Shown: positions 19,319-27,512 of the stretch, piece after piece
How the letters are laid out: every line of letters begins with the position of its first letter
How positions within the stretch are numbered: the first letter of the stretch is position 1
From: a virus
Taxonomy: Duplodnaviria; Heunggongvirae; Uroviricota; Caudoviricetes
Virus record (IMG/VR): IMGVR_UViG_3300017792_000001
Coordinates: 104,697-168,696 of that record
Length of the DNA stretch: 64,000 bases
Strand: one strand, 5' to 3'
Notes under the pieces: generated by a model
Told to the model about the DNA's origin: nothing
Databases searched by the model: none
What the model saw: the letters and a program-made list of their open reading frames with translations, nothing else
Position numbers and translations under genes: made by a program

Positions 19319-19730
19319 TGGCAAACGTCGTGGTAGTCACGCCGCCTCTGTTACCTGGGAAGTCAGTGCGATACATATTCCAGTCGCGACCCTTGTAGTG
19401 AATCAACACGGGACCGTAGACTGCGCCGACATCATCGAGAGGCCAGCTTGCACCATCCCAACCGCCGATCTGACCCGTACTGTCCTTGAACGTCACTGCA
19501 CCGAACTCAGTCGGGCACAGGTAGTAATAGAACGTGGTGTCGTCAACGGCAGGGAAGTACAGAGACGGATCGTTCACCGGATCACTCTGGACTGTCTGAA
19601 ACACTGCGTCGAGTTGCTGATCAGTTGGATTTTGTGGCAACGAACCCAGACCGTACAGCGGCAGCGTGTCAACTTCGAGCGGTGGTTTTGGAATCTTCTT
19701 GCGATACGGTGTGGCTACTGTCATGCTCAT
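19311..19730 (-). CDS. Stand-alone copy of the GGWDGASW/YRTDF structural domain
   Basis: Aligns by eye with the C-termini of 8047-11301 and 32101-36678. Confidence 0.75.
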   Translation of the reverse strand: MSMTVATPYRKKIPKPPLEVDTLPLYGLGSLPQNPTDQQLDAVFQTVQSDPVNDPSLYFPAVDDTTFYYYLCPTEFGAVTFKDSTGQIGGWDGASWPLDDVGAVYGPVLIHYKGRDWNMYRTDFPGNRGGVTTTTFANG

Positions 19731-19861
19731 AGCGGACGGCTCTCAGTCTGGATCAGGAACATTTCTGTCTCTGCCGCATCACCTACCTGTGGGAGCAAAG
19801 GCCGAATACGGATCTTACGTTTGACAGAGCGGACAGGTTTCTTCTTGCGACGAACGCCCAT
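19727..19861 (-). CDS. 44-aa basic peptide, absent from the ORF track
   Basis: MGVRRKKKPVRSVKRKIRIRPLLPQVGDAAETEMFLIQTESRPL; GGAG SD; TAATG and ATGA overlaps with both neighbours. Confidence 0.65.
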   Translation of the reverse strand: MGVRRKKKPVRSVKRKIRIRPLLPQVGDAAETEMFLIQTESRPL

Positions 19862-20394
19862 TACGGCTCCAGATCGCCGATGATCATACCAGCGAACGTT
19901 ACCTCCAGTGGACGGTAGGCGAAGCGCTTGTTGATCTTTTCAATCTTCTCCTGGAGTTCTGGAGTGACTGCCACTTCATCGCTCAAGGTGATATGCGGGG
20001 AGAACGGCACGAACGTGTGCTCAGCACCCATGCGCTGGAAGGAGGAGTTCTGGCTGACGATGCCTTCACTAACGACTTTCAAGACGATGTAGGTCTTGCC
20101 GTTTGCACCAACCCAGGACTCGACAGCATTGATGATGCCGCTGATAGCGCGATCTGGGTTGAAGTTGGAGACTTCTGGTGTGCCCGCTGGCTTCTTGCTG
20201 TAGATCACAGTGGCATGCAGGTCGGCTTCGTTGGTATTCAAGCCGAGTTCTTCACTGATAGCCATGATGCGATCAACGTACCCTGGAAGTGGAACGACCG
20301 CAGAGTACAGGCCGTTGGTACCAGTGTATTTGATGTGTTCGAGTTTGTTGGCTGCCGTTGCTTCTTCTTTCTTCATAGAGAGCTTGATCATCAT
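19861..20394 (-). CDS. acb1: 2H phosphoesterase, T4 gp57B / anti-CBASS nuclease Acb1-like
   Basis: GLY.A.., LHATVIYS (HxT), VESW..G....VL and G..HTF..FSPHITLS (HxT) match the T4 57B pattern; start moved to ATG 20394. Confidence 0.8.
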   Translation of the reverse strand: MMIKLSMKKEEATAANKLEHIKYTGTNGLYSAVVPLPGYVDRIMAISEELGLNTNEADLHATVIYSKKPAGTPEVSNFNPDRAISGIINAVESWVGANGKTYIVLKVVSEGIVSQNSSFQRMGAEHTFVPFSPHITLSDEVAVTPELQEKIEKINKRFAYRPLEVTFAGMIIGDLEP

Positions 20395-20463
20395 GGTTGT
20401 GGGTTCCGTGTAAATTCTGGCGGGGATCAACAGGGACAAACAACCATCCTGTTCGATTCTGCA

Positions 20464-20470
20464 TAAATTA
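20464..20470 (-). promoter_or_regulatory. TAATTTA candidate late promoter upstream of the Acb1-like gene
   Basis: Intergenic copy of the recurrent motif. Confidence 0.5.
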
Positions 20471-20500
20471 GAAGCGTGCCGTTTCCAGCACGCCGTTGCG

Positions 20501-21481
20501 TCACAGAGTAGCTTTGATTTCCTTAATCTTGGCATACAAAGGCGCACGCAACTTGTCGTTGGGGACTTTCGCCACTTCCTTCGACAGTGCGTTCAGTTCC
20601 GTACCAGCTTGCACAGCAGTGAGCTTGGTATTGCGATAGTCCAGACCCACTTGGTCGATGCGATCCTGAAGCTGCTCATGCAAAGGCTGAGGTTCTTCTG
20701 GCTCTGGCACCTGAATCTCACCCGGAAGTGGAGGTACTGGAGTAGGAGTCGCTGGTGGGGTGGTCGTATCCGGAACAGCAGGGGTTTGTTCTGCTACTGC
20801 ATCACCGTGGTACAGGTCGAGGTGATACAGATAGACGACAGCCGTAGACTTGGCCGAGTTCACTTTGGTCTGCACGTAAGCGCCGACTTTGAAGTAGAAC
20901 AGGTCCTTGGCCTTGGTGTAACTGGCTTTGCTCAACTGCGCACGGGCAATCTCTTTGCCGTCATCATGGATGAGCAGCAGGAAGGTGTCAGTGAGCGTGA
21001 TGCGCAGCTTGAGGATTTGACCGAACTTGATACCGCGTTTGATGGTGATCTTGGTTTCATCACCCTCATATTCCTTGCGGTATTGCAGGATCAGATCCGC
21101 GTCGCCTTTGTTGTCTTCGTCGTTCAACTGAACTTTGCACAGCGGAGAATTGCTCTTGCCGTGAATCTGCCCAATGATCAGCTTGCGGGCTTTACCTGGA
21201 TCTTCAACTGCAATCCAGTAGTCCATTTTGTGAACCTGGGCCTTGGTAGCATCCCAGTTATTGAGAGTTCCGTCTTCATGTGTTTCGCGATATTCGCAGC
21301 GCGGAAAAGTAGAGTTCTTGGTCGACTCGATCTTCTCACCAGATGTTGGTACAGTGAAGGCGATCCTTTCTTCACTAGCCGCGTAAAACTCGGATGCGTA
21401 CTTGGGAAGATCCTTCGTCTTGATCGTTACCTTCTCAGGGGTGGTCAAGTTGAAGAATTTCAACGCGGGAAAATTGCTCAT
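20501..21481 (-). CDS. Polysaccharide lyase family 7 (alginate lyase-like) with a Pro-rich linker and C-terminal helical domain
   Basis: The three PL7 motifs: PRCEYRE, IIGQIHG and YFKVGAY. Confidence 0.88.
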   Translation of the reverse strand: MSNFPALKFFNLTTPEKVTIKTKDLPKYASEFYAASEERIAFTVPTSGEKIESTKNSTFPRCEYRETHEDGTLNNWDATKAQVHKMDYWIAVEDPGKARKLIIGQIHGKSNSPLCKVQLNDEDNKGDADLILQYRKEYEGDETKITIKRGIKFGQILKLRITLTDTFLLLIHDDGKEIARAQLSKASYTKAKDLFYFKVGAYVQTKVNSAKSTAVVYLYHLDLYHGDAVAEQTPAVPDTTTPPATPTPVPPLPGEIQVPEPEEPQPLHEQLQDRIDQVGLDYRNTKLTAVQAGTELNALSKEVAKVPNDKLRAPLYAKIKEIKATL

Positions 21482-21595
21482 GTAACGTCCTCTGGACTGA
21501 TTGCTAAAGGTTGCTTAGGTGCATCATCGGCAGAGTGTGCAGTTGCACACCCTACGGATACTGGACCGCACTCTTTGGCGTAGAGGACAGATCGC

Positions 21596-22336
21596 TTACA
21601 GCGTGGACAAGTCCCAGATGATATTCGACTGCGCGACAATGTAAGCAGGGTCGAGAACGACACTGGTTTCAAAGCCGACCAAACCTTCGCACATACGATA
21701 TGCGAGACGGCCATCTGGTTGTTGATACGTTGGGCGACCAGGGCGCGTGTGAATACACGGTGCGCCGATCCCTTTGCCAACGCGAGCGCCACAGATAGGG
21801 CAAGTGTAGGACGAGTAGTACATACCCATCGAATACGTGCTCACCTGGTTGCTCAGGATGTTGGCTACCAACTGTGCGTCTTTGGTACGGTCGAACGCCA
21901 GCAATTTTACCAGCTTGGCGAACTTGGGGAATCGCGGAAGCGGACGCAGATAGGTATCGAGAATCACCCCACGCGCTTTCGTGATGTCCTTGTTGTCATG
22001 CTCAACAAACGTCGGCTTACCGCGCCAGGTTTGATACGTCAGGTTGCCGAACTCAGGGTTGAACTCGGTCAGTTGCGCCAACGATGCGCTGTCGCCGTTG
22101 GTGTTCGGGATCGAGGTGATGATCGACGGCACCGGAACGATCACAAAGTCGCGGATGTCAGCACTGATGTGGTAGTGCTTTGCAGCCTTGGGCAACCAGA
22201 TGTTGGCATCCAGTACACGGGCTTCACCACCGGCCTGATTTTCATTCAGTTCAATGCGGGAGCTTTTCGGGCGAACAATCTTGTGCAGTTCAACGGGAGC
22301 TTGACCCAGAGAAAAGCTGGTAGACAGATGCTTCAT
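21596..22336 (-). CDS. Putative prohead (capsid maturation) protease with a zinc-ribbon insert
   Basis: PNTNGD, GKPTFVEHDN..ARGVILD and YSMG...CPICG...CIH: His and Ser positions as in HK97/assemblin-fold proteases of large phages. Start is ATG 22336, an ATGA overlap. Confidence 0.6.
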   Translation of the reverse strand: MKHLSTSFSLGQAPVELHKIVRPKSSRIELNENQAGGEARVLDANIWLPKAAKHYHISADIRDFVIVPVPSIITSIPNTNGDSASLAQLTEFNPEFGNLTYQTWRGKPTFVEHDNKDITKARGVILDTYLRPLPRFPKFAKLVKLLAFDRTKDAQLVANILSNQVSTYSMGMYYSSYTCPICGARVGKGIGAPCIHTRPGRPTYQQPDGRLAYRMCEGLVGFETSVVLDPAYIVAQSNIIWDLSTL

Positions 22337-22683
22337 TGGGAACCCCTTTGAACAACGTGTTTGATCCACGACCGCGCTTCTCGCATAGTCATGGGCTGTG
22401 GATTAACCAGCATCGGCTTGCTCTCGTACAGAGTAACATGCGGCTTGGTCTTTTCTTCTTCCTCGTGATCATCAGGGTGATGCGGGAAGTCGAACGGGTC
22501 GAAGGCATTGTCGTACATCTTGGCCTTCCAGATACGCAACGAGTGACTGTGATCCGAAGATGGTTCCTCAGTCGCTGTGATCGTCGCAATCTGGTTACTG
22601 CCAAGATACACGTGCCATTTCTTGCGCTTGGCAAGGGGAAGCTTGGCCTCCCCTTTATCGCACTTGTAGGTTATACGCTCCAT
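22333..22683 (-). CDS. Hypothetical protein
   Basis: 116-aa ORF tightly coupled to its neighbours. Confidence 0.65.
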   Translation of the reverse strand: MERITYKCDKGEAKLPLAKRKKWHVYLGSNQIATITATEEPSSDHSHSLRIWKAKMYDNAFDPFDFPHHPDDHEEEEKTKPHVTLYESKPMLVNPQPMTMREARSWIKHVVQRGSQ

Positions 22684-22687
22684 GTCA

Positions 22688-24193
22688 TCACCAGTTCAGG
22701 AATGCAACGTGGTAGAGACCGTGCTCGTTGGTCGCTCCGAGTGCAACAAGGGTTCTGGCCTTGTCATTGCAGAAGAACATAAAGCACTCGTCATGCTCGT
22801 CATCCACGTGGTCGAAGTTCTTCAGGAGCTTCAACTCGGTAAGACGACGTTTGAGCGCATCCGCCATCGTATCCACATTTGCGTTGGAACTGCCGAAGAA
22901 GTTCTTTCCTGGGCGACCTTTTGGGCGCTCACGCACAAGTGGCAGCAGGGTGCTGAAACACTCGTTGTAGATGTCGATGTTCGGCTCATGGGCTGCGATT
23001 GCTTTGAACAGGTGTTGGCTGCTCTCATGCAGATCGTTCAGGTCCATGTTCTTCATGTACGACGTGGTTTGCGTCAGGATTTCGTCCACGGTATCATGGT
23101 CGATTTCTTCCTGAGTCTTACCTTCGCTGTTGGCAGCAGTCGATTCAATACTCGACCACATATCCATCAGACCACGGCCGATCACCATGCCGAGAGGACC
23201 AGCACCGATAGCGAGCAGTGCAACGCCGGCGCCCAGAAGTGCGAACTTGGCGATAGCACCCAATACTGCTTGGCCGTCGCGTTTCTTCTTCTCGTCCTTC
23301 TTTTTCTTCTTTTTCTTTTTCTTCTTGCGCTTCTGACGGTCCTCGTCCGATTCTTCCGACAACTCACGCTTCTTTTTCTTCGAGCGGACATCGTCGTCTT
23401 CATCTTCTTCTGGATCGAGAGACGGATCTGGTCCAGCCTCGTCCTCAGCTTTGCGCTTCTGTTTCTTGCTGATTGGTTTGCCGTCTTCGTCGTGAAGTGG
23501 CTGACCATCCGCATCTACTGCTTGGGTTTCGTCCTCGACTTCCTCAAACTCACCGTCGATAACGTCATCATCAAGCAGGCCGCCTTGCATCATATCCCGC
23601 ACAGAGGCTAAGCCACGGCCGAACAGGTTGGGGCGACGTTGAATCTCTTGATCAACCAGACCGTGAATCTCGTCCCGGTTGTTGTTGATGTTGGCAGCGC
23701 CCTGTTTCAGTTGCTCAGGGCGAATCTGGGAAAGCGCTTGCACGGACTGACGGTTGATCGTACCAGCACCTTCATCGTGCATGGTATTGCGTTGCTTATC
23801 GACCTTGACCAGTTCGTCTGCACGACGACGCCCAGCTTCCTTCCGGCTTTCTTTGCCATCAAGACGCTTCTTGCTCAGGTCCTTGCGACCCTTGCGGAAT
23901 CGTGGGACGTGACCAGACTTGGGGAATCGTTCGTTGTAGCGCTTCTTGCCCTTGTCGTCCAGCGCCTCGTACTCGGTACGTGACAGCTTGCGCAGCTTGG
24001 CAGGCTCAGCTTTCGGGAGACGCGCATTCTTCGGTTGACCGATGATCTTGGCCTTCTTGCCATTGATCAGAAAGCGGTGCTTCGACTTCGGGTACGTTTC
24101 AAGATACCGAAACTGAGCCTGTTTAGCCAGCTTTAGGAACGCCTCTTTATTGAGTCTTTTCTGCGGTGTCGCTAGGGAGAGACTGACTAACAT
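22688..24193 (-). CDS. Large charged protein with a poly-Lys tract and a hydrophobic segment
   Basis: Start moved to ATG 24193; acidic/basic low-complexity middle; AVLGAIAKFALLGAGVALLAIGAGPLG segment. Confidence 0.7.
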   Translation of the reverse strand: MLVSLSLATPQKRLNKEAFLKLAKQAQFRYLETYPKSKHRFLINGKKAKIIGQPKNARLPKAEPAKLRKLSRTEYEALDDKGKKRYNERFPKSGHVPRFRKGRKDLSKKRLDGKESRKEAGRRRADELVKVDKQRNTMHDEGAGTINRQSVQALSQIRPEQLKQGAANINNNRDEIHGLVDQEIQRRPNLFGRGLASVRDMMQGGLLDDDVIDGEFEEVEDETQAVDADGQPLHDEDGKPISKKQKRKAEDEAGPDPSLDPEEDEDDDVRSKKKKRELSEESDEDRQKRKKKKKKKKKKDEKKKRDGQAVLGAIAKFALLGAGVALLAIGAGPLGMVIGRGLMDMWSSIESTAANSEGKTQEEIDHDTVDEILTQTTSYMKNMDLNDLHESSQHLFKAIAAHEPNIDIYNECFSTLLPLVRERPKGRPGKNFFGSSNANVDTMADALKRRLTELKLLKNFDHVDDEHDECFMFFCNDKARTLVALGATNEHGLYHVAFLNW

Positions 24194-25298
24194 GGCTGAG
24201 TCCCAGGATTCTTGCAAGATCGTTTGCCAGAGCACCGTCAATTTTCGGTGATAGCGCCATTGCGTGTTGAATGTTCTTCCGTGCTTCGACGTTGTTCCCA
24301 ATCTCTTGGTAGCAGACGGCGAGCAGGTGGTACGGCCACGCACCGTAGTACTTGGCATCGTGAATCATGGCTGCAGTCGGTGCACTGTCGATACGCAATG
24401 CACTGCGCAGCATACCGATGGCCGACTCCCACGCACCGCAAGAGAAGTACAGATAGGCGAGTTCACAGTGCGGTTCGCGAGCACGACCGAATTCAGCACA
24501 AGCACGGAGAGCCCAAGACTCGGCTTCGTCCATTGCTTCTTCCAACGTACCGTCCATTGCCTGATAGCAGCGACTGATGTACGTCGCAGACTCAGAGCGG
24601 AACGGACCGTGGGTCTCCATGTCGATGTGCTTGCGCAACCACATGATCGCGTCAAGGTAATCGCCACGGTACATATATTCGCGGCCCAGATACTGCACTT
24701 GACGCGCATCGTCTGGGTTTTCTTCGACCGCTAACTGGAGCAGTTCCAGATACGACGAACGACTCTTGGTAGAATCAGGTTCGTGGTACACGTTGAACGG
24801 CAGTTCCAGGTAGAAGTATTCACCATCGTAAGGCGCAAGCATTTCATGCACAGGATACTTCCAGAAGAAGGCCTGGCGCTTGTGAATGCACTCACGCGGG
24901 TAAGTGATCAGCGGGAGCTTCTTGTTGCCAACCGTATCGAACGTGAACACCAGGTTCAGCATGAAGCTATTGAACGAGCCATTCAACTCTGCTGCGGTGA
25001 TTGCTTCCTTGATTTTGGTGATCGTGCCAGGCTCCATCGTCTCGTCCAAGTCGATGAACATGCACCAGTCAACGTCGAGTCCCACTTGGTTCAACGACAT
25101 ATTGCGGGCAGTGTCGAAACGGAACGGCTCCATTGAGACGTTGTTCACCTTCACACCCAGGTCAGACAGGATCTTCTGGGTGCCGTCACTTGAACCAGTG
25201 TCGAGCACGTAGATTTCGTCTGCGTCCTTGACCCCTTCAAACCAACGGGCTGCGTGCTTGGCTTCGTTCTTGGCAATTGCGTATACGGCGAATTTCAT
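24147..25298 (-). CDS. Glycosyltransferase family 2 with C-terminal TPR repeats
   Basis: VYAIAKNE, VLDTGSSDGT, FDTARN, DLDE (DxD) and VHE-type motifs, followed by helical TPR-like repeats. Confidence 0.9.
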   Translation of the reverse strand: MKFAVYAIAKNEAKHAARWFEGVKDADEIYVLDTGSSDGTQKILSDLGVKVNNVSMEPFRFDTARNMSLNQVGLDVDWCMFIDLDETMEPGTITKIKEAITAAELNGSFNSFMLNLVFTFDTVGNKKLPLITYPRECIHKRQAFFWKYPVHEMLAPYDGEYFYLELPFNVYHEPDSTKSRSSYLELLQLAVEENPDDARQVQYLGREYMYRGDYLDAIMWLRKHIDMETHGPFRSESATYISRCYQAMDGTLEEAMDEAESWALRACAEFGRAREPHCELAYLYFSCGAWESAIGMLRSALRIDSAPTAAMIHDAKYYGAWPYHLLAVCYQEIGNNVEARKNIQHAMALSPKIDGALANDLARILGLSHVSQSLPSDTAEKTQ

Positions 25299-25351
25299 TG
25301 TCGGTTTCCTTAGTTAGTCTTCCATGTTTGAGAAGGTGGTTCGTCCTGAAC

Positions 25352-25642
25352 CTAGTCACGGTCTTGTAGAATGCTATCGCTCAATCCGTTGACTTGACTC
25401 TGGGTCAAGCCGTGCTTCTTGAGACGGTTCAGGTGGTCTTCAACCGCTTCTGCGGCTTGAGCGCGCTTGCCGTAGTCGCGTTCTTCCTCAGTCCTGGGAC
25501 GTGGTGCATTCTCCCAGGCCTTGATAGCGGTGTTCAGCGCCTTACTTTCATCATGCAGCCCTGACTTCTCCATAGCATCCATCAAGTCGTTCGATGGGAA
25601 ACGGCCACGAGGTTTGCTGGCGAAGTCATGCAGGTGCGTCAA
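25352..25642 (-). CDS. ORF without a clear RBS; candidate -1 frameshift extension of 25681-26388
   Basis: The frame stays open upstream through the stop of the preceding gene; only TTG or weak ATG starts are available. Confidence 0.55.
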   Translation of the reverse strand: MTHLHDFASKPRGRFPSNDLMDAMEKSGLHDESKALNTAIKAWENAPRPRTEEERDYGKRAQAAEAVEDHLNRLKKHGLTQSQVNGLSDSILQDRD

Positions 25643-25693
25643 GGGCGAAGTCTGGCGGGCAACAGGCTTGCTATCACCCTTTACTTCTTTGGG
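25641..25693 (-). promoter_or_regulatory. Candidate -1 programmed frameshift signal
   Basis: Slippery C_CCA_AAG (25693-25687), a 5-nt spacer, then an 8-bp stem AAGGGTGA/TCGCCCTT. Confidence 0.5.
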
Positions 25694-26388
25694 GCTCTCT
25701 TTGCCCCTTTGGCAATCACATCCTTGATCTTGTCCTTGAACTCCCTGATGTCTGCCTTGCGTGCAGCGTAGTGTTCATCACTAGGCTTGGTGCGCGATTG
25801 CGTGTATTCAAGGGACTTCAAACCTGCTCGCAGACTCTTGAGAATCTTCTGGTCTTTGAGCGTCAGGTTGGCTTCATTCTCCGCTGCATCTTTCGCGTCG
25901 ATTTCGGCGAAGGCTTTCTTCAACGCGGGCGCCTGCTTAGCAACCTGCTTACGCAGTGCAGCTTTGCCTGCTGGGCTGGTAGATGGAGCTTTGCCTGGCT
26001 TCTTAGACCCTGGCTTGATGCCTGCTTCTTTAGCAATCTGACCAATGGTCTTGCCGCCAACGACGGTGTCCAAGGTCTGGCGAATCATGCCGCCAATGAT
26101 CTTGCTGCTACTGTGGCGAGGAGAAGTCAGTTTAGCCTTCAACTCTTTGATCTTGCCCAAGAACTCTTTGTCCTTAGCGCGGGCTTTCTCTTTCTGAGGA
26201 CCTTTCAGTGTAGCAATGGTCTTCTTGTTGCGCTCACGGTCGACACGGAGTTTCTCGACCTTGTCCATGATCTTCAGGTCGCCTTGCAACACCTTGACAC
26301 GATCACGACGTTCTTTATCTGTGGCGAAACTGTACTTTCCGGCAGTCGCTTCAAACGTGCCGTCGAGGTAAATGCGAATACGCGCCAT
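25681..26388 (-). CDS. Lys-rich basic protein with the conserved leader MARIRIYLDGTFEATAG
   Basis: AAGGAG SD; Lys/Ala-rich composition; leader shared with two neighbours. Confidence 0.8.
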   Translation of the reverse strand: MARIRIYLDGTFEATAGKYSFATDKERRDRVKVLQGDLKIMDKVEKLRVDRERNKKTIATLKGPQKEKARAKDKEFLGKIKELKAKLTSPRHSSSKIIGGMIRQTLDTVVGGKTIGQIAKEAGIKPGSKKPGKAPSTSPAGKAALRKQVAKQAPALKKAFAEIDAKDAAENEANLTLKDQKILKSLRAGLKSLEYTQSRTKPSDEHYAARKADIREFKDKIKDVIAKGAKRAPKK

Positions 26389-26457
26389 GAGGCACTCCTT
26401 GAATTATACTCTATGACGCACAACGGCCCAGTTATTAGCTAGGCCGTTGGGTATCGC

Positions 26458-27504
26458 TTAACGTTTCTTGAGCGCAGCCAGTTGACCTTTGATGATCTTG
26501 ATCTGCGAGAGCAGTTGAGCGCTCTTGGTTTTGTTGCCAGCCGTTTGAGCAGCAGTACGCTGGTCGCGCAGAGCAGTCAGGCGTTTCGTCAGAGTAGCAA
26601 CGGTCTTGCCTTTCGCGGCTGCATCACCCATGCCGCTTGGCTTGCCGACGATCTTCTTGGCGCCGCCCATGTGCTTGGCAGCACCAGGCTTGACGATGGC
26701 GCGCTGATTCGCAGGAGACTTGCCAGCACGCAGACCGCGCAGAGCTTCACGTTGCTTTTCCAGTTCTTCGCGAGCGCGAATCAGCTTGGCGCCTTTGAGT
26801 TCGCCAGTAGCGATGCGAGCTTTCACCGCTTTGATTTCGGCCAGGGTGTTACCGATTGCACCACGCGACGGCTTGGTAGCGTGCTTGGTAGCAGTATCAG
26901 CAGCTTTGCCCGACGGCTTGGCTACTGGAGCCTTGGCACCTGGCTTATTGCTGACTGGAACGAGTGCAGTCTTGCCGTGATCGCGCAGTTCGCTACGGAT
27001 ACCGCGAGTCACAGTACCTGCGATCTTCTTGGCACCACGATCGAATGCAGCGCCGTGATCTTTCGGAGCGCGTACGGTCTTCAATCGCTGAGGGTTGCGA
27101 CGCGGATCGCCCGTCTTGTTACCGCGAGTCAACTTTGGAGCTTTGGCTGCCGCGCGTGCTTTCTCGTAGCGCTCAGTCGCGGTGTTGATGCGTGTACGGA
27201 TCAGTTCGGGCTTGATGAACTTGCCACCGGAAATCGTACCGGTCAAGGTTTTGATCGCGTCGTTGATCTTCGCTACACGCTTGGTGTGAGCGATAGCAGC
27301 CGCTGGACCCGACTTGTGGCTATTGCGCAGGCGTTCTTGCTGGATGCGTTCGCGGGTTGCGCGCAGCTTGACGATCTTGTCGATGATCGACAAATCTTTC
27401 TTGAGCGCGGTGATGTTCGCTTTCAGTTCAACACTGGTAGCGGCAGTGGCTTCAACGTGAGCGGTCTCGAAAGTACCGTCGGCGTGGATTCGGATAAGGG
27501 CCAT
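26458..27504 (-). CDS. Lys/Arg/Ala-rich basic protein with leader MALIRIHADGTFETAHVEATAA
   Basis: GAGG SD; histone-H1-like composition. Confidence 0.8.
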   Translation of the reverse strand: MALIRIHADGTFETAHVEATAATSVELKANITALKKDLSIIDKIVKLRATRERIQQERLRNSHKSGPAAAIAHTKRVAKINDAIKTLTGTISGGKFIKPELIRTRINTATERYEKARAAAKAPKLTRGNKTGDPRRNPQRLKTVRAPKDHGAAFDRGAKKIAGTVTRGIRSELRDHGKTALVPVSNKPGAKAPVAKPSGKAADTATKHATKPSRGAIGNTLAEIKAVKARIATGELKGAKLIRAREELEKQREALRGLRAGKSPANQRAIVKPGAAKHMGGAKKIVGKPSGMGDAAAKGKTVATLTKRLTALRDQRTAAQTAGNKTKSAQLLSQIKIIKGQLAALKKR

Positions 27505-27512
27505 ATATACCT

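Noticed and set aside
19311-19730. Diversity-generating retroelement template/variable pair with 8047-8330
   Set aside because: No reverse transcriptase in the window; identity is limited to short blocks and differences are not adenine-specific.
21478-21792. 104-aa ORF from the track
   Set aside because: Mostly overlaps the protease gene out of frame and has no RBS; the remainder looks intergenic with a hairpin.
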